Source: a virus (lineage: Duplodnaviria > Caudoviricetes). Taken from it: 64,000 nucleotides of DNA. The DNA lies in IMG/VR virus record IMGVR_UViG_2882837327_000005, positions 1-64,000 of that record; one strand, 5' to 3'. Positions 9,564-17,958 of the stretch are shown here, one piece after another. Under the pieces are notes generated by a model. It was not told the DNA's origin, did not search any database, and was given only the letters and a program-made list of their open reading frames with translations. Position numbers and translations under genes: made by a program. Position 1 is the first letter of the stretch. Every line of letters begins with the position of its first letter.

Positions 9564-9772
9564 GCAAGCTCCGCATCAGCGCTCTGGTGCTGCTCGCGAT
9601 CGCGGGCGCCGTCTGGCTCGCCGGGACCGCGCTGGCACTGTCCGTGGTGGCGCCGCGCTTCTGCCCCCAGGCATATTACGCCTGGGCCGCCACATGGCCG
9701 GTCTGGCTCGTCGCCCCCACCTCATGGCGGGAGGCGTTTTTCGCCTGGACCTTCGGCTGGTGCATGCCGTGA
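9560..9772 (+). CDS. Small membrane protein
   Basis: Hydrophobic N-terminal helix. Confidence 0.6.
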   Translation: MSKLRISALVLLAIAGAVWLAGTALALSVVAPRFCPQAYYAWAATWPVWLVAPTSWREAFFAWTFGWCMP

Positions 9773-9865
9773 CCCCCACCCCCATCCCCCCTTCCAGTCT
9801 GGTGAAACCCGAAACCATGGTCGATGGGCGGGGTCATCCGCCCCGCCTTCGGACAGGAGGCGACC

Positions 9866-10261
9866 ATGCCAGACGGCTCTTTCGACGCGCGGCGGCAGCA
9901 GATGCTGCAGGACATGCACCATGCCGTCCCCGGCGTGACGCTGCATGCCCGCGAGCGGATGCTCGAACGCCACGGCCGGGATCTCACGCGCCTGGAATGG
10001 CTCCATGCAGTGATGTCCATCCTGGACCGCCGCGCGCTGCTGCTGTCCTCCAAGATCCAGTCCAACGGCTGGGCCGAGTGCTGGGCGGTGACGGTGGGCG
10101 CCGTGACCATCCGCATGATGTGGTCCCCGGACCGTGCCCATGTCCTGACCGTGCTGGACGACGAGCACAGCCAGGGCGGCCGGGCCGTGAACATGGCCCT
10201 GGCCTCGCCCCTCAAGATCACCGCGCCCCCGCGCAAGCCCACACACTGGAGCCGCCGATGA
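9866..10261 (+). CDS. DUF4258-like / RelE-fold putative RNase
   Basis: TLHARERMLER and C-terminal VLTV motif; AGGAGG RBS. Confidence 0.5.
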   Translation: MPDGSFDARRQQMLQDMHHAVPGVTLHARERMLERHGRDLTRLEWLHAVMSILDRRALLLSSKIQSNGWAECWAVTVGAVTIRMMWSPDRAHVLTVLDDEHSQGGRAVNMALASPLKITAPPRKPTHWSRR

Positions 10262-10728
10262 GCGACATCGACACCACGCGCCTGGCCGCGATCAGCGGCA
10301 GCTACACCGACAAGGATGGCGTGCGGCGCCAGATGTCGCCTGATGAAGCGCGGGCTTTGTGGGACCAGGCTCAGGCTGCGAAGGCCCGTCGCCACGAGCT
10401 GATGCCGGATGAACCCAGCGCTCTACGGTTTCTCTCAAGTGCCTACTACCGCCTGCAGGAGCTTGGCTGGATGGAGGCCAAGTACGGCCCGAAAGACGGC
10501 AGCGAGGTCCGCGCCATCCAGGCTGGCAGCACGGGCATCTTTGCCGCCCGATACTCCGGCATCTGGCCCGATGGGCACTGGCTCATGTTCGACGGGACCG
10601 ACGCCTGGGTCGCTGAGCCGTTGCTTGTCCGCCTTCTTCCGGAGGCCGAAGCCGCTCGAGCGGAGCGCCTCGCTGCAGCGGCCACCATCTATCGAGAACA
10701 GCTCCAACGGGAGGCAGCTCATGGCTGA
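10258..10728 (+). CDS. Hypothetical protein
   Basis: AYYRLQELGW..YGPKDGS..GSTGI; ATGA coupling. Confidence 0.7.
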   Translation: MSDIDTTRLAAISGSYTDKDGVRRQMSPDEARALWDQAQAAKARRHELMPDEPSALRFLSSAYYRLQELGWMEAKYGPKDGSEVRAIQAGSTGIFAARYSGIWPDGHWLMFDGTDAWVAEPLLVRLLPEAEAARAERLAAAATIYREQLQREAAHG

Positions 10729-10906
10729 CACCCTAAGCGCCTTCGGCGCGCTCGGCCCCCTCGGGATGATCCTGCTGGTGGCGCCAATCTACTACATCGT
10801 CACGCGCGGCTACCGCGCGCTCACCATCCTCGTCCGAGGGTGGCCACCTGCGCACCTCGACGCCGATGGGCAGTGGAAGCCTGAGCCACGGGAGAACCGG
10901 GAATGA
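10721..10906 (+). CDS. Small membrane protein
   Basis: TM helix plus RGWPPAHLDADG. Confidence 0.65.
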   Translation: MADTLSAFGALGPLGMILLVAPIYYIVTRGYRALTILVRGWPPAHLDADGQWKPEPRENRE

Positions 10907-11430
10907 CCACCGCACCAAGCCTCTGGGCACGCCTTCGTGCGCGCTTCGCCTGGCGCGAGATGGGCCGCTCCACGCGCCACATCTACCAGCAGAACGCCGT
11001 GACCGGCGCTCGGCGCTTCATCTTCAGGGATGGCGGCGGCTATGTGCCGCTGGATCAGGCTTGGCTTGATGGCAAGCACGACAAGCTGTTCCAGACCCCA
11101 ATGTCCGAGCAGCAGCGTGTCGTCGCTGGCTTGGGGGCGACGAGCGTTCGTGGCCCGCGCCTCGCCTCCTCGCCCCCGGCGGCGTCGCCGCGCATCGCGG
11201 CTGCACCCAGCGGAGGGCCCGGCCATCGGCGGGAGGACTACACCACCCTCCATATGCCTACGCCGCTGTTCCTGGACAGCCACACGCCGAGCGCCACGCC
11301 CGCCAGCAGCACGCCCAGCTCCAGCGGCGGCGGCAACGAGAGCAGCAACAACTCCTACTCCAGCGGCGCCAGCGATGTGGGTGGCGGAGGAGGCGGTGGT
11401 GATCCGGGCGGCGGGGGTGGCGGCGAATGA
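10903..11430 (+). CDS. Hypothetical protein with Ser/Gly-rich tail
   Basis: Coupled on both sides; ends GGGGGGDPGGGGGGE. Confidence 0.65.
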   Translation: MTTAPSLWARLRARFAWREMGRSTRHIYQQNAVTGARRFIFRDGGGYVPLDQAWLDGKHDKLFQTPMSEQQRVVAGLGATSVRGPRLASSPPAASPRIAAAPSGGPGHRREDYTTLHMPTPLFLDSHTPSATPASSTPSSSGGGNESSNNSYSSGASDVGGGGGGGDPGGGGGGE

Positions 11431-11774
11431 CCCCGGCCGACCCCTTTGCCCTCCTGCTCCTGCTGCTGGCCGGGCACGCCCTCTGCGATTACCCGCTGCA
11501 GGGCGACTTTCTCGCCCGGATGAAGGATCCGCGCAGCGACATCGGCGCCCGCCTCTGGCCGCACGGCCTGGCCGCTCATGCCCTGATCCATGGCGGCATG
11601 GTCACTGCCCTGACCGGCTCATCCATCCTGGGCCTGGGCGAGGCCGTGGCACACGCTTGGACCGACTATGCCAAGTGCCGCGGCTGGCTGAGCTTCAACC
11701 AGGACCAGGCCTGCCATGTCGCCTGCAAGGTCGTGTGGTGGGCCCTGGTGCTGGTGGCGGAGGGCCGGCTGTGA
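11427..11774 (+). CDS. DUF3307 family membrane protein
   Basis: GHALCDYPLQ, HALIH, HAWTDYAK, DQACH. Confidence 0.9.
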   Translation: MTPADPFALLLLLLAGHALCDYPLQGDFLARMKDPRSDIGARLWPHGLAAHALIHGGMVTALTGSSILGLGEAVAHAWTDYAKCRGWLSFNQDQACHVACKVVWWALVLVAEGRL

Positions 11775-12067
11775 TCCGCCGCCTCGAATCCAAGATGCTC
11801 GGCTGGCTGACCCGGAGGAAGGAGGAGCGCCTTCTCCTCCGCCACGGCGGCATTCAGACCTGCCCGTGGTGCCGGCAGTGCGCGCAGTTTTCCCCTGACT
11901 GGTCGCTCGTGCCCAGTGAGGAGCACCCCACGCTGGACGTGCTGACCTGCGGCGTGTGCGGTGGCACGAGCCTGTGGCTGTTCGCCATCGGGATGGTTCC
12001 AATGGCGCCGCTTGCGCCACCGCTCCCTGACCCCGAGTTTCCTAACAGACTGGGGCAGCACACATGA
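11771..12067 (+). CDS. Zn-ribbon protein
   Basis: CPWC...CGVC. Confidence 0.65.
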   Translation: MIRRLESKMLGWLTRRKEERLLLRHGGIQTCPWCRQCAQFSPDWSLVPSEEHPTLDVLTCGVCGGTSLWLFAIGMVPMAPLAPPLPDPEFPNRLGQHT

Positions 12068-12312
12068 GCGGCGCCTCGAAGAAAGTCACCCTGAAGCGCC
12101 TCGGGCGCGCCACCGCCCAGGCGACCGGCTTGGCGCTCTGCGCTGCCACCGCTGTCTTCGCCGCAGGCCTGGGGCTGCAAGTGCTGGTCGCGCTGCTGAC
12201 GTCCCTTCAATGGGGATCGGGCGCAGATGCCTGGATGGTGGGCGTGGCTATCATGGCCATGTTTCCGGGCGGCATCGCGGGCTTCGTACTGGAGTTCGCC
12301 AATGACCTTTGA
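12064..12312 (+). CDS. Two-TM membrane protein
   Basis: Two hydrophobic helices; coupled. Confidence 0.6.
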   Translation: MSGASKKVTLKRLGRATAQATGLALCAATAVFAAGLGLQVLVALLTSLQWGSGADAWMVGVAIMAMFPGGIAGFVLEFANDL

Positions 12313-12640
12313 CCTCCCCTGGTACGTCCTCGGCTTCATCGCCACCGGCGCCATCGTGTGGGCCGCCGCCGCCGGCTGGGTGGCCATCACCACATGCGCC
12401 CTGCTCTACGCCGCGACTTGGGCCACCTTCTATGTCGGGTGCCAGCTCTGGAACCTGCATGTCGTCGAGCGCGAGGGGCGCGACGCCTGGCGCATCACGC
12501 CCTGGCGCGCCTGGTGGCGGAGCCTGTGGTCAACGCCCGCATGGCGCCATGCCTGGAAGATCGCGCGCCGGCCTCGCGGCTGGAAGCCGGCGCTCGGGTT
12601 CACCTATCCGCCGGCGACGATGGAGGCCCAGGATGGCTGA
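12302..12640 (+). CDS. Membrane protein
   Basis: Hydrophobic N-half, Trp/Arg-rich C-half. Confidence 0.6.
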   Translation: MTFDLPWYVLGFIATGAIVWAAAAGWVAITTCALLYAATWATFYVGCQLWNLHVVEREGRDAWRITPWRAWWRSLWSTPAWRHAWKIARRPRGWKPALGFTYPPATMEAQDG

Positions 12641-12842
12641 GTACCGCATCGTCACCGACAACGCCTCCGGCTTCATGGTCCAGGCCCGCCGCTGGTGGTG
12701 GCCCTTCTGGCTTCAGGTCGGGTTCAACAGCAGCAGCAGCGCGGAGGGCGCGCGACAGTGGATAGAGCGGGAATTCGCATATGCTGCGCGGAAGAAGAAC
12801 GCCGGCAAGGTGGTCGAGCACCTCGGAAGGTGGACGTCATGA
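12633..12842 (+). CDS. Small hypothetical protein
   Basis: YRIV..FMVQARRWWWPFW. Confidence 0.65.
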   Translation: MAEYRIVTDNASGFMVQARRWWWPFWLQVGFNSSSSAEGARQWIEREFAYAARKKNAGKVVEHLGRWTS

Positions 12843-13108
12843 CCCCAGCCATCAGCGACCAAGCCCTGCTCCACGCCGTGGGCCCTAAGGGCAACCACAC
12901 CTGGCGCATCTCGGCCGCCCTTCGCCACTCCGTCGAATACAAGCGGCTCGGCCGGCGCCTCCGGCAGCTGGAGCAGCGCGGCCTGCTCGAGCGGGTGGCC
13001 GCCCTCAGCACGCCCTGCGATCCCTTTTGGCAGCGGCCACAGAGGTCCCCTGGAATTCCAAGGGAGGTGGCGCCGCCTGTCTTCCCCGCCACGGCAATGG
13101 AGGCCTGA
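12839..13108 (+). CDS. Small winged-HTH protein
   Basis: TWRISAAL..RRLRQLEQRGLLER..W. Confidence 0.55.
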   Translation: MTPAISDQALLHAVGPKGNHTWRISAALRHSVEYKRLGRRLRQLEQRGLLERVAALSTPCDPFWQRPQRSPGIPREVAPPVFPATAMEA

Positions 13109-13111
13109 CCC

Positions 13112-13417
13112 ATGGCAACCGCACGCCTCGGAGACGGCACCATCCTGACCTATTCGCCCGGCTTCAAGCCAGGCGACCCCGAGCCCAAGGGCTACCTGGA
13201 CTGGCACGACTGGGCCGAAGTCCAGCACAAGGCGGGCTTACGCCAGACGCAATGCCCTTCCTGCTCGAGGTGGCAGTACCCGCAAGGGATGAGCACCAGG
13301 GAGGTGGCCTACGAGGCCGCCACCAGCCGGGGTCAGAAGATCCGGGTCTCCTCGTTCATGTGCCTCGCCTGCGCTGAGAAGGCCGGGCCGCCGGAAGGAG
13401 CCGTCAATGGCCGCTAA
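13112..13417 (+). CDS. Zn-binding hypothetical protein
   Basis: GYLDWHDWA..QCPSC..CLAC. Confidence 0.65.
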   Translation: MATARLGDGTILTYSPGFKPGDPEPKGYLDWHDWAEVQHKAGLRQTQCPSCSRWQYPQGMSTREVAYEAATSRGQKIRVSSFMCLACAEKAGPPEGAVNGR

Positions 13418-13580
13418 CTTCAGCATCACGACGCCCGCCTTCCTCGAGATGCTGCAGGAAGCCAAGGGCCGATACGACGTGGTCGAGCGCGCCATCGTGA
13501 AGGCGACGGAAAACGCCGGCCGCGCTCCATCCGTGGAGGCGGTTCTGGCCATCATTCGGACTGAGGGAGCCATGCAGTGA
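13407..13580 (+). CDS. Small hypothetical protein (57 aa, not in ORF track)
   Basis: AAGGAG RBS; fills the operon gap. Confidence 0.55.
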   Translation: MAANFSITTPAFLEMLQEAKGRYDVVERAIVKATENAGRAPSVEAVLAIIRTEGAMQ

Positions 13581-13795
13581 TCAAGGCCGGCGATCTGTCC
13601 ATCAACCCACGATACGTCGCCAGCATGCGTTGGGACCGTGGGCACAGCTACACCAACCTCGTTGTCCGGATGCACGACGGACACGAGCATCACATTCGGC
13701 ACACCACCACCGCCCCTGGCTGGGGCGTGGACGCCTATGAGGTGGAGAAGGCGATCCAAGACGCGCTGAACCTCCACAGCACGCAGGAGCACTGA
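13577..13795 (+). CDS. Small hypothetical protein
   Basis: Coupled GTGA start; INPRYVASM. Confidence 0.65.
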   Translation: MIKAGDLSINPRYVASMRWDRGHSYTNLVVRMHDGHEHHIRHTTTAPGWGVDAYEVEKAIQDALNLHSTQEH

Positions 13796-13797
13796 CC

Positions 13798-13947
13798 ATG
13801 CTTCGTTTCCTCCGCATCCTGCTGACCATGTGCCTCCTCGGCATCGCCATGCAGGCGTGTGACTGGGCCAACCGGCCCAGCCAGTTCGGCGAATGGGCTG
13901 CCAAAGCGCGGCAGGCCTATGACGCGAGTTTGAGGACCAGGCCATGA
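13798..13947 (+). CDS. Small exported peptide or lipoprotein (not in ORF track)
   Basis: MLRFLRILLTMCLLGIAMQAC; AGGAG RBS. Confidence 0.5.
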   Translation: MLRFLRILLTMCLLGIAMQACDWANRPSQFGEWAAKARQAYDASLRTRP

Positions 13948-14327
13948 CCCGATACGGCCGCAACCAGAAGCGCGCCCACCGGGCCGTTGTAAAGCGACTG
14001 CAGGCCGAGCTGGCCGCGACCAAGGAGGAGCTGGCCCTATTCCAGCAGCGCCTTCGGGCCGCCTTGTACCAGTCCGCAGGTGCCGAGGAGCGGGCATTCG
14101 AGAAATTCGCTGCGCAATCCGGCATGCTGGCGCACGTCACAGAGACGATGGCGCGTGAAGTGGGGCGGTTTCTCGGGCCGCACGAGGCAGCCGCCGCCCG
14201 GCAACTGGTGGGGCGCGACCGGAATGTCGGGCTTTACCTTCGCCACGACCCCATGGCCTCACGGCCCTGGCGGGTGGTGACCATCGATGTGCCGTCCGCG
14301 CGCATGGAAGTTGCGGTGGATGAGTGA
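13944..14327 (+). CDS. Hypothetical protein
   Basis: MTRYGRNQKR.. with coiled coil; ATGA coupling. Confidence 0.7.
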   Translation: MTRYGRNQKRAHRAVVKRLQAELAATKEELALFQQRLRAALYQSAGAEERAFEKFAAQSGMLAHVTETMAREVGRFLGPHEAAAARQLVGRDRNVGLYLRHDPMASRPWRVVTIDVPSARMEVAVDE

Positions 14328-14402
14328 TCCTCACAAGCCGGCGCCGAGAGCCGCGGAAGCTGAATGCTAGGAATCACTCCCCGTCGCTCGTATTCTACCG
14401 AA

Positions 14403-15314
14403 ATGAATGACGGCCTCCCGCTGGTGATACAACTTCAGCAAAAAGCCTTCGACGCCCAGGACTCAATTTCAACCTTACTTCGGATGTCGAAGTTGGTTGC
14501 TATAAAGCTGGGCGTGGAGGGTGCCCGCGAGTGGATTGAGCACGAGCTGAACGGCTACGAAGGCGTAGTCAATGATGACCTCCCTAAGTATCGTAAAGTC
14601 AAAGGCAGCCCACGCGCACGGAATCCGTTCCATGGTTGGATACCGATGACGATATCGGACAACGATTTTGCGGAAGCAATATCCACAGCCCACATAATTC
14701 AGTCAGCGGGCGCTTTGGAGGAGACAATCCGAAGCCACCCCAATGAAGACTATCTCCAAATAAATTACAGCAATCAGCAGTACACGATACTCAGGAAGAT
14801 GTTCAGCACTGACTTTCCCATGGCGATCCACCTTACTCCCGCCTCCATCTGGGCAATCGTTGACCGAGTAAGGAATTTGGTACTGGACTGGGCCATGGCG
14901 CTGGAACGCGAGGGCGTCCTAGGTGCCGGCATGCAGTTCTCGATGCCTGAGCGACAGAAAGGATCGATTGTGACGAACAATTACTTCGCCAACAACATCG
15001 GCGTTGCAGGCGATATCAGTGGCAGCGCTCAACTAAATCTCAACCAGCACGCCCATGTGGGCTCGATCGACGTAGCCGCGCTTCGACAGCTGATCGCACA
15101 ACTCGAGATGAATTCGAGCGCCCTGCCGCCAGAGGTACGCTCAGCGATGGCGCCGGCTTTAGCGGCGCTTCAGCACGAGGCCGGTCAATCATCGCCTGAC
15201 CCGTCGAAGATCCGCACGTTGCTGGCATCGGTCCGCACGGCATGCGAGGGTGCGGCCGGTAATCTGGTTGCCTCTGGCGCGGTGGAGCTGATCAAGGCGT
15301 TATTGGGAGGGTAA
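14403..15314 (+). CDS. AbiTii-domain protein (putative abortive-infection moron)
   Basis: LLRMSKLVAIKL..WIEHELNGY..PKYRKVKG..NPFHGWIP; visibly lower GC than flanks. Confidence 0.8.
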   Translation: MNDGLPLVIQLQQKAFDAQDSISTLLRMSKLVAIKLGVEGAREWIEHELNGYEGVVNDDLPKYRKVKGSPRARNPFHGWIPMTISDNDFAEAISTAHIIQSAGALEETIRSHPNEDYLQINYSNQQYTILRKMFSTDFPMAIHLTPASIWAIVDRVRNLVLDWAMALEREGVLGAGMQFSMPERQKGSIVTNNYFANNIGVAGDISGSAQLNLNQHAHVGSIDVAALRQLIAQLEMNSSALPPEVRSAMAPALAALQHEAGQSSPDPSKIRTLLASVRTACEGAAGNLVASGAVELIKALLGG

Positions 15315-15315
15315 T

Positions 15316-15759
15316 CTAGGCGCCCACCCCCGTGCTCCCAAACCCGCCGGCGCCGCGCTCGCTGATGGGCAGCCTGTTCGTCTCCACCAGCACCTGCCTC
15401 ACCACCGGTGCCAGCACCGCCTGGGCGATGCGCATGCCGCGCGTCACCTCGAAGGCCTTGGCGCCGGCGTTGAGGAGGATGACCCCCACCTCGCCGCGGT
15501 AATCCTCGTCGATGGTGCCAGGCGCATTCAGCACAGTGACGCCGTGCTTCAGCGCCAGGCCAGAACGCGGCCTGATCTGCCACTCATGGCCCACGGGCAG
15601 CGCCACCGCGAACCCGGTCGGCACCAGCGCGCGGCCGCCGGGCGGGATCACCACCGGCTCCTGCACCGCCGCCATCAGATCCACGCCAGCAGCACCGGAC
15701 GTCGCAGCAGAGGGGAGAGGCAAGCCGTCGCTGTGCGGCAAGCGTTCGATCATGATCAC
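15316..15759 (-). CDS. dut: Trimeric dUTPase
   Basis: [37 protein letters not shown]; start codon uncertain. Confidence 0.95.
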   Translation of the reverse strand: MIMIERLPHSDGLPLPSAATSGAAGVDLMAAVQEPVVIPPGGRALVPTGFAVALPVGHEWQIRPRSGLALKHGVTVLNAPGTIDEDYRGEVGVILLNAGAKAFEVTRGMRIAQAVLAPVVRQVLVETNRLPISERGAGGFGSTGVGA

Positions 15760-15870
15760 GGTCTGTATCCCAGCAGTGGAGCCGCCAGGATACAGGCCTG
15801 GGCGTCGACGGGACAGGCGCGCCGCCCCACTTCTCACCGAGGTGCTATGGTCGCTCGATAACAGACGAGC

Positions 15871-16308
15871 ATGCCCATGTCAGACCCCACCGACGAGCCC
15901 ATCCACGCCTCCTGGCCGAAATACCGCATCGAGATGATCCTCAGCGAGGAGGTTGAGCCAATCGAGCCTGGCCTCGTCGTACGGCAAGCCTGGATCGTCG
16001 CCCCCTTGGAAGACGCCCCGGAGGACCTGGAGGCGGCCAATGCAGCGCGGGCTACCTGCCTCGACCGCCTGCACATCGCCGCCTGGACGATGCGCAATAT
16101 GGCTGGCCCAGCCTGGGCCAAAGCTCTCGTCGACGAAACCGCGCAGGGAATTAGCCGCCGCACGGATGCCGGCTTCTGGAGAGAGAGGCTGGTGCAGGAT
16201 GACATGCGCCAGTTCCTCCGATCCGGAGTGCTATCACGCGCGGTGCATGGCTTCGGCCTCCACGTGGACTACATGGCCGAGAGTGCTGAGGAGCCCGAGG
16301 ACGACTGA
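15871..16308 (+). CDS. Hypothetical protein
   Basis: Fills the gap; plausible composition. Confidence 0.55.
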   Translation: MPMSDPTDEPIHASWPKYRIEMILSEEVEPIEPGLVVRQAWIVAPLEDAPEDLEAANAARATCLDRLHIAAWTMRNMAGPAWAKALVDETAQGISRRTDAGFWRERLVQDDMRQFLRSGVLSRAVHGFGLHVDYMAESAEEPEDD

Positions 16309-16514
16309 CCCAATGCATGGGGGCTGAAACCCTTTCACCCCCTTCCACGTCACCCCCTTGCCGCCACCCCAGCGCTTACACCCTGTCACCGCCTGAAACC
16401 GACGATGGATCAATCGCGTAGCCCTGCCTGCAACACCTGACACCTCCAGGTGCAACACCACCTGTCACAGACCCTTGTCAGGGTGCCAGCGCCTTCGACC
16501 ATGCTGCCATCATC

Positions 16515-17354
16515 ATGCAGACGCCTCCGAAGATGACGCCCGAGGACTGGGAAGCGCTGATCGCGAAGCTGTTCGCGGAGCCCCAGGAAGGCGTGCCCCA
16601 GGCGACCATCAGCTCCCTGGCGCGGGAGTACGGGATCTCGCGCGCGCTCATCCATGGGCAGCTGAAGAAGCGGAACCTCACCTGGTCCATCGACAGGCAG
16701 GCGGCAAAGAAGGCGAGCCTGGATGAGGAGGCGCAGCACCGGGATCGGATAGCCCAGACCCCTGCCCCTCCCCCCCTTCCCGGCTACCGGCCGCCCGAGG
16801 CTATCCGCGCCCAGGGCGACGCGCTGCGTGAGACCCTCCCCGCCTCCCTGCGCCCTATCCTCGACGCGGCAGCCATCCGGCAGGTGGCGCTGGAGCGGCT
16901 GAAGGAGCGGAACGAGCGCATGGCCGGGCTGGCCGAGCGACTGGTGCATCTGGTGCAGGTGGCGCTGACCACCCCAAAGGACGACGACCAGGTGGGGTTG
17001 ACGAAGAAGATGCAGGCCCTGTCCACCCTGCTGCCAGGGAAGAATGACGGCATCCCGGCGATCGTCGCCTCCATCACCTCCCTGACCAACACGCTGCGGA
17101 TCTCGGAGGCCGGCGTGCTGCGCCTCGAGCTCGACGGGCTGAACGACCGCCATAAGTACGAGAGCGAGAGCGGCGCCCTGGATGGGCTCGGGGCCGAGGG
17201 AGACGACATCGACAGCCTCTCCACCGAGGAGAAGGCCCAGCTGCTGGACGCCATCAATATTCTCGAGGGGACAAGCCGCCGTGCCCCTATCCCCATGCCC
17301 CCGCGCCGTGTCATCGACGTGCGCCCCGATGAAGGAGAAGACGATGCTACCTGA
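16515..17354 (+). CDS. Terminase small subunit-like protein
   Basis: N-terminal HTH (TISSLAREYGISRALI..W), C-terminal DIDSLSTEEKAQL; directly upstream of the TerL genes. Confidence 0.65.
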   Translation: MQTPPKMTPEDWEALIAKLFAEPQEGVPQATISSLAREYGISRALIHGQLKKRNLTWSIDRQAAKKASLDEEAQHRDRIAQTPAPPPLPGYRPPEAIRAQGDALRETLPASLRPILDAAAIRQVALERLKERNERMAGLAERLVHLVQVALTTPKDDDQVGLTKKMQALSTLLPGKNDGIPAIVASITSLTNTLRISEAGVLRLELDGLNDRHKYESESGALDGLGAEGDDIDSLSTEEKAQLLDAINILEGTSRRAPIPMPPRRVIDVRPDEGEDDAT

Positions 17355-17958
17355 GCCGCCGGCCAAGGGGTCGCTGCAGCTGTTCGTGCGGGAGGCATGG
17401 CCGCAGGTGGTGGTGGCGCCGCTCGAGTGGGGCAACGTCCTCGAGAGCATGAGCGAGCAGATTGAGCAGGCTCTCCACGAGCCGGGTACGCCCTGCCTTA
17501 TCGCCTGCCCCACGGCGCGCTGTGGAAAGACCATGCTGATGAGCGTTCTGCTGCCGGCGTGGATCTGGACCTGGGCACCGGCCGCACGCCTGATGACCGT
17601 CGGCGTTTCCGAAAGGGCGGCTCATGCGGACGCCCGCCTCACCCGAGAGCTGCTGCGCAGCGTGTGGTACCGCCGGCGCTGGGGTGAGGGCATCGTTCCT
17701 TTCGCGACATCCAACTTGGCCTTCACCGAGAACAGGGCCGGCGGCTATCGCCGAGCGGTTGGTGTCCGGAGCGCCATAAGTGGCCTGCGTGTCGATGTGG
17801 CGATCGCAGATTGCATCTATCCTTTCGCCTACCCGGGCGCCGAGCGAGGGGAAGCGCGCGACCGCGTGGACACCTGGTGGCAGCAAGAAGCCCTGAAGCG
17901 GGTCGTCCCCGGCGGCCACATGCTGCGCGTCGAAGAAAGCATCCTCGCCACCGCATGA
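17344..17958 (+). CDS. Truncated paralogue of the TerL ATPase domain (no nuclease, degenerate Walker B)
   Basis: Collinear with the downstream TerL N-terminus: SLQLFVREAW/SFKAFVKMAW, SVLLPAWIWTW/SVLFVAWVWTW, SVWYRRRWG/SDWYQARWG. Confidence 0.75.
   Translation: MLPEPPAKGSLQLFVREAWPQVVVAPLEWGNVLESMSEQIEQALHEPGTPCLIACPTARCGKTMLMSVLLPAWIWTWAPAARLMTVGVSERAAHADARLTRELLRSVWYRRRWGEGIVPFATSNLAFTENRAGGYRRAVGVRSAISGLRVDVAIADCIYPFAYPGAERGEARDRVDTWWQQEALKRVVPGGHMLRVEESILATA

Noticed and set aside
9862-9870. GACCATGCC as another late promoter
   Set aside because: It is the RBS-start spacer (GGAGGCGACCATG), with no -35-like element 21-22 nt upstream
15290-15314. Ubiquitin-like C-terminal GG on the AbiTii protein (and GGG on TerL)
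   Set aside because: No beta-grasp-like domain or E1/E2 genes in the window; terminal Gly-Gly is common by chance at this GC
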